The notes below the pieces were generated by a model that had not been told where the DNA came from, searched no databases, and saw nothing but the letters and a program-made list of their open reading frames with translations. This document shows, one piece after another, positions 54,657-63,185 of a stretch of 64,000 nucleotides of DNA (position 1 is its first letter; the number at the start of each line of letters is the position of its first letter). A program made the translations under genes and the position numbers. Source of the stretch: Thermoproteota archaeon (GTDB lineage Archaea; Korarchaeota; Korarchaeia; Korarchaeales; JAOZGB01); NCBI GenBank assembly GCA_037917685.1, contig JAVCBU010000003.1, forward strand, positions 1,941 through 65,940, read 5' to 3'.

Positions 54657-55084
54657 TAAAGGTTTTAAAGGGGCGTGAGAGGAGAACGTTGGAGCAAAGG
54701 CTAAGAATCCGTTATGGTGTCAGGATACCGGAGAGCCTAGAGGTAGTGCTACAGTCTAAAAAAGAGTTCCGTTTAACAACCTGTGAAGCTTTACAGGTTG
54801 ACATTGAAAGGCTTAATCCTCAAGGGATTGGTCTTAAGATAGCTAAAGAAACTAAACATGGGATTATGCTTTCGATAGAGGGGGCTCAGCTGCTTAAACC
54901 AGATGCGAATGTTGCCCGTTTGAACCTGAACCAAGCATACTGTTGGGTTAAAGGAGGAAACCTTGAGATTAAAGCTTCAAGAGGATATGTCGTGTTGAAA
55001 TATGGCGAGTACTACCTTGGATGTGGGCTTTCCACCGGGGAGCATATTAAAAATCTCTACCCCAAGCATAGGAGAATACTATAA
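54653..55084 (+). CDS. Small protein translationally coupled to the m5C methyltransferase; possibly a PUA-like RNA-binding partner (tentative)
   Basis: There is a 4-nt overlap with the upstream gene. 143 aa. The C-terminal segment GYVVLKYGEYYLGCGLSTGEHIKNLYPKHRR is reminiscent of PUA/NIP7-type ends. It lacks the archease EHTADI motif. Confidence 0.3.
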   Translation: MIKVLKGRERRTLEQRLRIRYGVRIPESLEVVLQSKKEFRLTTCEALQVDIERLNPQGIGLKIAKETKHGIMLSIEGAQLLKPDANVARLNLNQAYCWVKGGNLEIKASRGYVVLKYGEYYLGCGLSTGEHIKNLYPKHRRIL

Positions 55085-55085
55085 T

Positions 55086-55748
55086 TTAGAATATGTAGGC
55101 TAAAGATACTGCTATACAATTGTTAATACAGTGGGCGGCTATAGAGAATGCTAGCCCTTTCTTATGATACCCGAGCCCTAACAGCAGGCCAACGATAAAG
55201 GCTGGGATAGCTCTCCATAACAGGTCTGGCCCCGCGTGGACAGCGCCGAAGATCGCTGACGCTACAAACACGCCGGGCAGCCCAATCCATTCAGTTAGTG
55301 TTTTTTGTAGGAAATGTCTAAAGAGAAATTCCTCACATATCGCGGTTATCAACCCGACGGTTAAGAGGTATAGCAAAAAGTCAACTGTACTCTTTGGTGT
55401 GAGAGCCTTTACATACCATTCAGGAATCTCGAATTTAAGCATGTAATGTAAGAAAACAGAGGTTGCTGATCCTATTGTGTAGGTGGCGAACCCGTAGAGG
55501 GAGCCAATTGTAATGTTCGCCAGTCTAAAGTTAAGTGGATAAAGAGGGCTTCTCTTAAGGATGAGGAATCTGCCTGACACCGCAAATAGCAACAGTATGA
55601 TCCCGCCTACAACGGCTATGCCTGGTAGATATGCTTGTTCAAGGCTTTCCCAGCCCATCTGCTTTGATAGGTAGTACTCTCCACCCCCTGATAAGGCTAA
55701 GGCTATAAGAACCCACAATACTGAGGCCAAAGCCCTTCTAGCATTCAT
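55086..55748 (-). CDS. CPBP-family intramembrane glutamic endopeptidase (CAAX protease/Abi-like)
   Basis: Motifs CEEFLFRHF, FGAVH and HCINN in a polytopic protein. Confidence 0.75.
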   Translation of the reverse strand: MNARRALASVLWVLIALALSGGGEYYLSKQMGWESLEQAYLPGIAVVGGIILLLFAVSGRFLILKRSPLYPLNFRLANITIGSLYGFATYTIGSATSVFLHYMLKFEIPEWYVKALTPKSTVDFLLYLLTVGLITAICEEFLFRHFLQKTLTEWIGLPGVFVASAIFGAVHAGPDLLWRAIPAFIVGLLLGLGYHKKGLAFSIAAHCINNCIAVSLAYIF

Positions 55749-55790
55749 ATATTCTCAAACTTCCCGACACTTAAAAATCAACCTCTGGCC

Positions 55791-57830
55791 CTACACGTTT
55801 CTCACAGAAACTACTCTCCCAGACTCCAGCTGTATATGAGTGTAACCTCCCGGAAGGAAGCCTGAGATGTGGGTGATTATAATTATCTGGTCATAGTACT
55901 TTGTAAGGTACCTTGATATAAGCCTCGCAATGTTTCTCCTCCTGTACCTGTCAGAAGACGCAAAAGGCTCATCTAGAAACAGAAACCTAGGTCTTATACC
56001 TTTCCTGGAGGGTAGAAGGGAAAGGGAAAATGCAAGCCTCATAGATAGTAGTAGCTGGTCCACCGTTCCACCGCTGAAAATGTTCCTCCTAAGATATCTT
56101 CCAGCCCTGCTATCCCAGACTTTGAGGTCGTAGTCCTCAGTTAGCTTAACATTTTTGTACCTTCCAGATGTTATCCTTGAAACTATTCTCGCCATGTAGC
56201 TCTCAAGAGGCCGAATAAACATAGTCCTAATGCTCCTTGAAACTCCGCCTATAACTTCTATCGTCTTATCAAAGGCCTTGCTGGTTTTCTCCAGCTCTTC
56301 AACGATAGATCTCTGGCTATTCAGCCTTTCATTCACGTCTGCGAGTTCCTTAAGCCTTCTCCTACCTTCCTCTATCTTTCTCCTGTACCCCTCTATTTCG
56401 GTGTTCAGCTTCTCCTTGTATCTCCCAAGCTCGAACTTCCTATCCCTATAATGTGTATAGGCTTTTTCAGAGTATTCTATTCCCTCCGGCAGCCGGGGAA
56501 GCTCTATGCCTCCAAGTTCGGAGTCAATCTTAGAAATTTCTTCGTCCATCCTTCTAATTTCCTCCCGGATTTCGTCCACCTCTATAGACAGGGATTCCAA
56601 TTCTCTTATAGCTCCCTCAGCCCTATGCTTCTCTTTCTCGATGCTCTCTATTTCGTCTTGAAGTTTCCTGTTCTTTTCTATCTCTGTGGAAAGCTTACTT
56701 TCAGTGGAAAGCTTTGACATTCTTTTCCTAAAAGTTTGGTGAAAGGATATTAGGGCAAATGGTAGAAAGAATAGTGCTTTAAGTCCGTAGGTGAGGAATG
56801 TTCGGAGAGCCACCAGTAGAATTATAACTGAGAAGCACAGATACGCTATATACGCTCCGTTTACTCTTGAAAGGTTCTTTTTCAGGTTTTCGATGTTCGC
56901 CGTTGTTGTTTCAAGAGTCTTCCTTTTGGTGTCGATAACCTTCGAAAGACCCTCTACTTTGGTTTGCAGCGTGTTAAGCCTTTCCCGGTCTTTCAACGCC
57001 TTTTTTAGTCTTTTTTCAGCCTGTTCTCTCCTTTTTTCCAAGAACTCCCTGCGGGTTCTTAGTTTATCTATGATATTCCAAACCTTCCTGTATTCATCTA
57101 AGGCTTCAAATATCCTTGTTACACTGTTAAACTCTGGTATAACCTCCTTAAGCTTTGATTCAGCCTCTTTTAGCCTTTCAGTCGCCTCTTCGACGTCTTT
57201 TTCTATTCTCTCCTTTTCCTCCTTGTCTCTCTCTATTCTTCTAAGCTTTTCTATCTCAACCTCAAGCTGTCTAATGACGTCCTTTCTCTTGTCTTTCAAC
57301 ATGTCTGTTGCCTTGTTGAAGCTTTCGAGGTTAAGAAATGCATTTATAACCTTTTCCCTGCTCGACCGGCCCATTTCGATTATTCTGTCCAGGTCTTTTT
57401 GGGCTACAACGTTGCTTGTAAGGATTTCGTCGAGGGTTACCCCGCCTATAAGCCTAAGTATCTCCTTGTTAACCTGGCTAACTGTGCTGGCTATAAGCCT
57501 ATTCTTGGGATCAATCTGCCAGAGAGTAGCTCTACTCCATCCTCTCTTTGATAGTTGTCTATTGACCCTGTACTTTTTCCCGTTTACCTCGAATTCAAGG
57601 GTTAGGGAGGATAATGTGGCAAAATGGTTTATTGCATCCTCTATTTTCGCTCCCTGACCATACCTCTTTTTAAGGATGCTACTACCATAAAGGGAGTAGA
57701 GAACAGCTTCTAGAATAGTAGATTTCCCAGCCTCGTTCTCCCCCGTTATTACAGTTACTCCCATTGGGAACTTTATGTCAACCTCGCTGAGAAGCCTGTA
57801 GTTTATAGCTTTCAAACTTATTAGCTTCAC
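55791..57830 (-). CDS. rad50: Rad50/SbcC-family SMC-like ATPase, short form without a zinc hook and with a central hydrophobic hairpin
   Basis: Walker A GENEAGKST. Signature FSGGTVDQL. Walker B FLFLDEPF. H-loop IIITH. Charged coiled-coil arms. Residues 326-366 (nt 56733-56855) read AYIAYLCFSVIILLVALRTFLTYGLKALFFLPFALISFHQT. There is only one Cys in the whole protein and no CxxC. Confidence 0.7.
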   Translation of the reverse strand: MKLISLKAINYRLLSEVDIKFPMGVTVITGENEAGKSTILEAVLYSLYGSSILKKRYGQGAKIEDAINHFATLSSLTLEFEVNGKKYRVNRQLSKRGWSRATLWQIDPKNRLIASTVSQVNKEILRLIGGVTLDEILTSNVVAQKDLDRIIEMGRSSREKVINAFLNLESFNKATDMLKDKRKDVIRQLEVEIEKLRRIERDKEEKERIEKDVEEATERLKEAESKLKEVIPEFNSVTRIFEALDEYRKVWNIIDKLRTRREFLEKRREQAEKRLKKALKDRERLNTLQTKVEGLSKVIDTKRKTLETTTANIENLKKNLSRVNGAYIAYLCFSVIILLVALRTFLTYGLKALFFLPFALISFHQTFRKRMSKLSTESKLSTEIEKNRKLQDEIESIEKEKHRAEGAIRELESLSIEVDEIREEIRRMDEEISKIDSELGGIELPRLPEGIEYSEKAYTHYRDRKFELGRYKEKLNTEIEGYRRKIEEGRRRLKELADVNERLNSQRSIVEELEKTSKAFDKTIEVIGGVSRSIRTMFIRPLESYMARIVSRITSGRYKNVKLTEDYDLKVWDSRAGRYLRRNIFSGGTVDQLLLSMRLAFSLSLLPSRKGIRPRFLFLDEPFASSDRYRRRNIARLISRYLTKYYDQIIIITHISGFLPGGYTHIQLESGRVVSVRNV

Positions 57831-58972
57831 CAGGCACCCCCCTCCCTAAGGGCTTCAAGGCCTATCTTTTTCGCCATAATGAGGATTTCCCTCTCCTTTT
57901 CGTCTTTCTCTTCAAGTATAAGTTTGTCAATATATTCCTGGAATGCTTTGAGGGGGGATGTGAACTTTACAGTTGGAATCTTCTCTTCCTGTGGTAGAAG
58001 GTCCGCATCATCCAGAATGAACAGGAAATATTTATCTTCATACTCTTTTAAGATGTCTTCCCTCCTGTAAGCGTCTATTACCTTTCTCGGCACGAACCCT
58101 GAGATCTTAACCTTAACCATTGCTTCGCTGCCGGTTAAACTTGTGAGTTTACTTCTTATGGCAGATTGGATGCTCTCGCTACCCTCAACTTTTATCTTAA
58201 CACTGATCATTGGCCTAGTTTTAACCTTGATGAATCTGACTTCTTTCACCCCGTTCTCGTCGAGGGTTAAGTGGACAAATCCCTTTTCATCATCGCATTC
58301 CCTAAAGCTTGTCCTTTCAGTACTCCCAGGGTAACATACGGTTGCACCTGAAACCTTGTCAACCTGGTGCTTGTGGAGGTGTCCTGCCGCGACATAGTGG
58401 AGCCCCCTGGGGAAGCTGTCTGCTCCTATTACAGGCTCAGACTCGTAATAGCTTGGAAAACCCTGGATATTACCATGCACCATGAAGATGTTAATGTCAC
58501 CGTCGGTGGGTATGCCTGGAATGCTATAGACCCCCGGCTTCCACCCGTGGGGGTAGGACATGCCTGAAACGCAGACGTAAAAGCCCCTAATATTCAACCT
58601 TTCATCTTCCACTTCATCCACTTTTTTGAACAGTCTGCCGTATCCTGCCTCCTCTATAACCGCTAAAGGGGATAAACCTTCGACTTCGCTCTTTGGGGTG
58701 TCATGGTGCCCTCCAACCATGAAGATCCTAGTGTTCTTGGTGATCATCCTGAAATATCTGAGAACCTGTGCTCTAGGCGGGTTTCTCGGGTTAATTCTAT
58801 GGTAGAGATCTCCAGAGATTAGGAAAAGATCCGGTTTAACCCTTAAAACATAGTCTAAAACCTCTTTAAAGCTCCTCCAGAAATCCCGCTTCCTGTCCAT
58901 AAGCCTATGCCTATACTTAAACGAATAGTCAAGGTGGTTATCCGCAGTGTGCACAACTGAGATCTCAGCCAT
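57827..58972 (-). CDS. mre11: Mre11/SbcD-family nuclease
   Basis: Motifs HTADNHLD, SGDLYH, GGHHD (a GNHD variant), VHGN and AAGHLH. There is a 4-nt overlap with the rad50-like gene. Confidence 0.8.
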   Translation of the reverse strand: MAEISVVHTADNHLDYSFKYRHRLMDRKRDFWRSFKEVLDYVLRVKPDLFLISGDLYHRINPRNPPRAQVLRYFRMITKNTRIFMVGGHHDTPKSEVEGLSPLAVIEEAGYGRLFKKVDEVEDERLNIRGFYVCVSGMSYPHGWKPGVYSIPGIPTDGDINIFMVHGNIQGFPSYYESEPVIGADSFPRGLHYVAAGHLHKHQVDKVSGATVCYPGSTERTSFRECDDEKGFVHLTLDENGVKEVRFIKVKTRPMISVKIKVEGSESIQSAIRSKLTSLTGSEAMVKVKISGFVPRKVIDAYRREDILKEYEDKYFLFILDDADLLPQEEKIPTVKFTSPLKAFQEYIDKLILEEKDEKEREILIMAKKIGLEALREGGAW

Positions 58973-58976
58973 GGCA

Positions 58977-60599
58977 CTACACCTCTGATGAGATTGTTCC
59001 AGGTTGCGTTTCTATCTCCGCCTTCATATCTCTTCTAGCCATCTTCAAGGCTTCAACAACATCTATGTCAGCACCCCCCTCTCTGGTGTTTCTCCTTCTG
59101 AACTTGACCATTACCGGAATCTTTGTAACCTCCCCGACTATTATCCCCTCCCCCGGGTTTAGGCCTGGGAGGTCCCTTAGGAGGTCGTCGCTCATCCGCT
59201 CGCTAGCCTGCCTTATAGCATTCTGATCATGTGGGTTAGTCGTTTTCATTACAATCTGGCTGTTACACTGGCTAAGACTGTCACTGTCAAGCTTGCAAGG
59301 CCTCTGAGTTATAAGTACAAGGAAAATGCCGAATTTTCTCCCCTCACTGGCTATCGTGTTTATAATTCTTCTAGTAAATGTTCTAACCCCTGACCTTCTG
59401 GGCGGAACGAAGGTGTGAGCCTCCTCCACGAATACGAAAACCGGATAGGGGAACCTCCCGGTTCTAACCGAGTCGTAAACCTCGCTTAGGATCCGGAAGG
59501 CTATATAATCCATACTCCTGTCCTCTAAGCCTGAAAGATCTATGACTGAGACATGCATTGGCTTTAAGATTTCCTCTATCGGAACTGACCTGTCACCGAA
59601 CACTTTAAGCTCGGTAAGCCTATACAGGTACTTTAAGGCCCTTGAAGCCGACGCCGACATTTCTTTCTTAATGTTTTCTCCGCCACTACTGATTCTCTCA
59701 ACCTCTTTATACAGGTCTCTGGGGGTATAGCTTACACCAGCGGCTCTAAGCCTTTCAAGAGCTTTCTTCAAAACCTCTCTTATCCTAGAATACCTTTCTG
59801 GTATGTTTGCTATCTCAAATATTTCAAATGGCCTAAGTTCCGAGAATTTAACAACATACTCTCTAAGATTATCTATGTCATTTTCGCTATACCTACCAGT
59901 ACTGTTAGGGTTTCTAAACACTGTTATTCGGTCATAATGTCTATACCTAGAATTGTCCGGCGTTCGGCTAAGGAAAACGTAGTCTGCGTGTGGGTCTATA
60001 ACTATTATGGTTGCACCCTTATCCAGAAGCTCCTCTATAAGTATTCCCGCGGTGTAAGACTTGCCGGCACCCGTCTGGGCAAGTATTGCAAGGTGCCTTC
60101 TTAAGCCGTTGATAGATATTTCAACTGGAACATCCTCCCTGAGGATTAGGCTCCCAACACGGAGGCCTTCTCCCTCAGGGTATGTGAAGAACTTTTTAAG
60201 AAGGCTGGATGGGGCAATATACACGCTACTTCCAGGGGTTACAGACCTCCTAGGCATCCTAACCTTTATTCTCCCGTCCTTTTCAACTATGAAGCCTAGG
60301 ATTTTTGCGTAGCCGACTACGTTTACATCGTCTATGTTGTAGTATCTAATTCTATCCACGGTTTCAACACTTGTATCCTCCGAGAGTACAAGGCTCTTTG
60401 AGACGATTCTTTTCACCTGTGAAAGCACGTAGACCTCTCTAAGCTGTCCGTCAACATACTCCTGTGACTTGACGATAAGATACTCGTGTTTAGCAGGATA
60501 ATTGTTTCTATAGGCTACAAACATGAACTCGTCACTGCTAGCCTCTCCTATAATTCTTCCAACCTCAGGGGTATCTAACACGCCTGTATCGCCTCTCAT
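58977..60599 (-). CDS. herA: HerA-type hexameric DNA translocase/helicase (DUF87 ATPase)
   Basis: Walker A AILAQTGAGKSYTAG. Walker B VFVFVEEAH. The N-terminal region is HAS-barrel-like. Confidence 0.85.
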   Translation of the reverse strand: MRGDTGVLDTPEVGRIIGEASSDEFMFVAYRNNYPAKHEYLIVKSQEYVDGQLREVYVLSQVKRIVSKSLVLSEDTSVETVDRIRYYNIDDVNVVGYAKILGFIVEKDGRIKVRMPRRSVTPGSSVYIAPSSLLKKFFTYPEGEGLRVGSLILREDVPVEISINGLRRHLAILAQTGAGKSYTAGILIEELLDKGATIIVIDPHADYVFLSRTPDNSRYRHYDRITVFRNPNSTGRYSENDIDNLREYVVKFSELRPFEIFEIANIPERYSRIREVLKKALERLRAAGVSYTPRDLYKEVERISSGGENIKKEMSASASRALKYLYRLTELKVFGDRSVPIEEILKPMHVSVIDLSGLEDRSMDYIAFRILSEVYDSVRTGRFPYPVFVFVEEAHTFVPPRRSGVRTFTRRIINTIASEGRKFGIFLVLITQRPCKLDSDSLSQCNSQIVMKTTNPHDQNAIRQASERMSDDLLRDLPGLNPGEGIIVGEVTKIPVMVKFRRRNTREGGADIDVVEALKMARRDMKAEIETQPGTISSEV

Positions 60600-61881
60600 G
60601 GGCTATAATTATGTCGAGTTCCCTTTCAAGGATTCTTTCGTAAATCCTGTCAAATACTCTTCGTGTGATCCTAACCCTACCATCAACCCTTGAGAGTAAA
60701 ACATTATAGTTTTTCGGTCCAGCATACATTGACAAAACAACTCCTAAAACCTTCCTGAAACCGTCAAGACCTGGATCCAGGGGGGTTAACCCGCGGATAT
60801 TGCTTAATTTCTCCTTTAAGCCCACAACCCACGCTGGAAGATCTATCCTTAAAGGTATGTCCCCTACGTCGGGGATTAAATACATGGTTATAATTGCTGG
60901 CATGTTTAGAAGCCGCCTAATCTGCTTTACAGCCCACCTAATATATGACTCGTCCCTTCCATGGATGCTCCGAGGAAAACCTGTTTTAATATAGCTTTCG
61001 GCCTTCCTAAGCCTATCCCACCTCTTAGCCATGTGCATCGTTAAGCCAAGTAGCAATGGAGTAGTGTAGCCAGGCTTTCTACTAACCATTTGTATAAGCC
61101 TAAAGTCTGGGAGGTGGCTCATATAGATGAGGAAAAGCTCCCTGAACCATTGCGGTGCCTCCCCAAGGGATTGAAGCTCCCTTAAAGCCCTACTTTTATG
61201 CATCTTAGCCTGAAACCATATACCTTTCAGTCTATCTTGAAGCTCGCCCGTGACTTCGCCTATTCTATGGTTAAATATCTGGTCTAAGACGTGATTTTTT
61301 ATGATCTGAGACCTGGAGTCCTTGCTGACCCCAACGGGCCATACGCCAAGCTTCATGCATCCCCTCATAAACCTCCAGTATGACTCTATAAACCTTAGAT
61401 GAAGGTCGAAACTGCCCTCAACAGGCATGTCCTTAGGCACATGTAAAAGCCTACCATAAAGACTTCCGTCTACAAAAACCAGCCGTAGACCCTCACCGCC
61501 GATTTCCCTGGCAGCCTTATATGCAGCCTTAAACTCCAAGTACTCCCTCCAAATCCCATAGTAAGACGAAAGCTGGGTAGACCCGCCGCAGTAGTAGAAC
61601 CTCTCAACATAGAGCAGGCGAACTGGCTCACCCCTGGTTGGAAGAGCCATAGCCCTTGAAAGATGAATAATAGAACCATCGGAAAGTCTCCTAGAAGCAG
61701 TACTACTATCAACAGCTACAGCCTCAAAAGATGAAGGCTTTAGGCTTGGGACCTCATTCCAACAGTCAGAAATAGCATGGCGGATATCATCTATAATAGA
61801 AAGTTCAAGAGATCTATCAGGCAGAAGTTTATCCCTATACTTCCTAATAAAATTCACAAATAGATCAATGAACTCAGGCAT
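60565..61881 (-). CDS. nurA: NurA-domain nuclease
   Basis: Motifs AVAVDSSTA and VFVDGSLYGRL (DxS/DGS-type NurA motifs as recalled). GGAGGGGAG SD before ATG 61881 (the track ORF starts at GTG 61902). Its 3' end overlaps the herA start. Confidence 0.7.
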   Translation of the reverse strand: MPEFIDLFVNFIRKYRDKLLPDRSLELSIIDDIRHAISDCWNEVPSLKPSSFEAVAVDSSTASRRLSDGSIIHLSRAMALPTRGEPVRLLYVERFYYCGGSTQLSSYYGIWREYLEFKAAYKAAREIGGEGLRLVFVDGSLYGRLLHVPKDMPVEGSFDLHLRFIESYWRFMRGCMKLGVWPVGVSKDSRSQIIKNHVLDQIFNHRIGEVTGELQDRLKGIWFQAKMHKSRALRELQSLGEAPQWFRELFLIYMSHLPDFRLIQMVSRKPGYTTPLLLGLTMHMAKRWDRLRKAESYIKTGFPRSIHGRDESYIRWAVKQIRRLLNMPAIITMYLIPDVGDIPLRIDLPAWVVGLKEKLSNIRGLTPLDPGLDGFRKVLGVVLSMYAGPKNYNVLLSRVDGRVRITRRVFDRIYERILERELDIIIAHERRYRRVRYP

Positions 61882-62273
61882 CTCCCCTCCAACAATACCC
61901 ACAAGAAAATATAACTTTTCATCAGCACTACAACCTACCCTATACTATAAGCTCAGGAAAGGGCCTTAATCTAACTCTACATACCAACTATAACATTTCA
62001 TCCTCAGACTGTAGATTGGTAGTAAAATACAGCCTCTCAGCCGGTTTGAGACCCTACCAAGAAGAGCAAAAAACGACTTGCCTATGAAGAGCTGAGAATA
62101 ATAACCCTCTAAATTATATCCAGAACAAAAGCGGAATCCCCAAGATAGTAAGGTGATGGTAATACTGTTATCCGTCACTACTACACTACTATTCAATTAT
62201 TCTTCATATAGTAGGTGTAGTCTGATGCTGTGCGGTATGTTTATAATTATGATCGGCTCATCCAAAGGTTGAT

Positions 62274-63149
62274 ATGAGCTGGGAATACGTTGTTGAAACC
62301 CTGAAATACTATGTTAGGGCTATGAGATCAACGATCATCATAATTGGCGGTATAATTGTTCTCCTCGTGATGAGCTGGGTTCTCGGGAAGGTTGAGATTT
62401 CAGATGTTTTCTCCCTGCTCTCGATGTTGAAGACTCCTGGAAACAGGTATGAATGGGGGATTTATATTTCAGCTGTGCTCCTGAGGATTGCGCCTATCCT
62501 CGGGTTTGTTGAGATAAAGAGTCTCACCATAGATGAGAAGAACAGGATTAGAGCGTCAACGATGTCTGACCATACAATAGTTATAGGCTTAGGCCACCTT
62601 GGCCTGAAGATTCTTAGAGCATTGCTTGGTAGAGGAGAGAAAATAGTCCTAATAGTGGATAAGAGCCACGCAGAAAGGGAAGAGGTTATAGAGTTGAAGG
62701 AAAAACTGCCTGTTATCGTTGGAGATCCTTCCCTGTCTTCAACCCTTGTGAAAGCAGGCATTAAAAATGCCAAAGCCTTGATAATCACCTTGGACAACGA
62801 CCTCTTAAACGCAGTTATAGCGGGTAAAGCTAAGGATCTAAATCCGGACATCAGGGTTACCGCAAGGATATTCCGGGAGGAAGTGTCTAAACTCCTAATT
62901 GAGAGCGGTAAGATAGATGTTGCAGTCAGCACAAGCCAGGCATCGGTACCACTATTCATAACAGGTGAAAAGTTCGACATAGAAACCGAAGCCCCACCCA
63001 CGATACCTGTCAAGATCAGAAAAGATATAAGCGTAGAGGAAATAGAAAATATGGGGTTCAGGATAGTCGCTGTACTTGAGAACGGCCTGTGGAAGCCCTT
63101 TAAAGGAAGCTTTAAGGACGGAAAAGCCCTGCTGTTACAACCAGTATGA
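62274..63149 (+). CDS. Membrane protein with a TrkA-N/RCK NAD-binding domain (no obvious K+ selectivity filter)
   Basis: Two N-terminal helices precede TIVIGLGHLGLKILRALLGRGEKIVLIVD (GxGxxG Rossmann fold). No TVGYG-like motif was seen. Confidence 0.6.
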   Translation: MSWEYVVETLKYYVRAMRSTIIIIGGIIVLLVMSWVLGKVEISDVFSLLSMLKTPGNRYEWGIYISAVLLRIAPILGFVEIKSLTIDEKNRIRASTMSDHTIVIGLGHLGLKILRALLGRGEKIVLIVDKSHAEREEVIELKEKLPVIVGDPSLSSTLVKAGIKNAKALIITLDNDLLNAVIAGKAKDLNPDIRVTARIFREEVSKLLIESGKIDVAVSTSQASVPLFITGEKFDIETEAPPTIPVKIRKDISVEEIENMGFRIVAVLENGLWKPFKGSFKDGKALLLQPV

Positions 63150-63185
63150 GTATGATTTATATAAATAGTATGAGACTTCCTCAAC

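Noticed and set aside
56791-57657. 288-aa + strand ORF opposite the rad50-like gene
   Set aside because: The product is extremely Ser/Leu/Phe-rich and low in complexity, as expected for the antisense frame of a Glu/Lys/Arg-rich coiled-coil gene. It has no motifs. The rad50-like frame has clear ATPase motifs.
62140-62230. Possible C/D-box sRNA (GTGATGG ... CTGA about 70 nt apart) in the nurA-trkA spacer
   Set aside because: No internal D'/C' boxes, the C box is imperfect and there is no terminal stem. A similar TGATGA at 1351 and an ATGACTGATGA at about 38510 also lack partner boxes.
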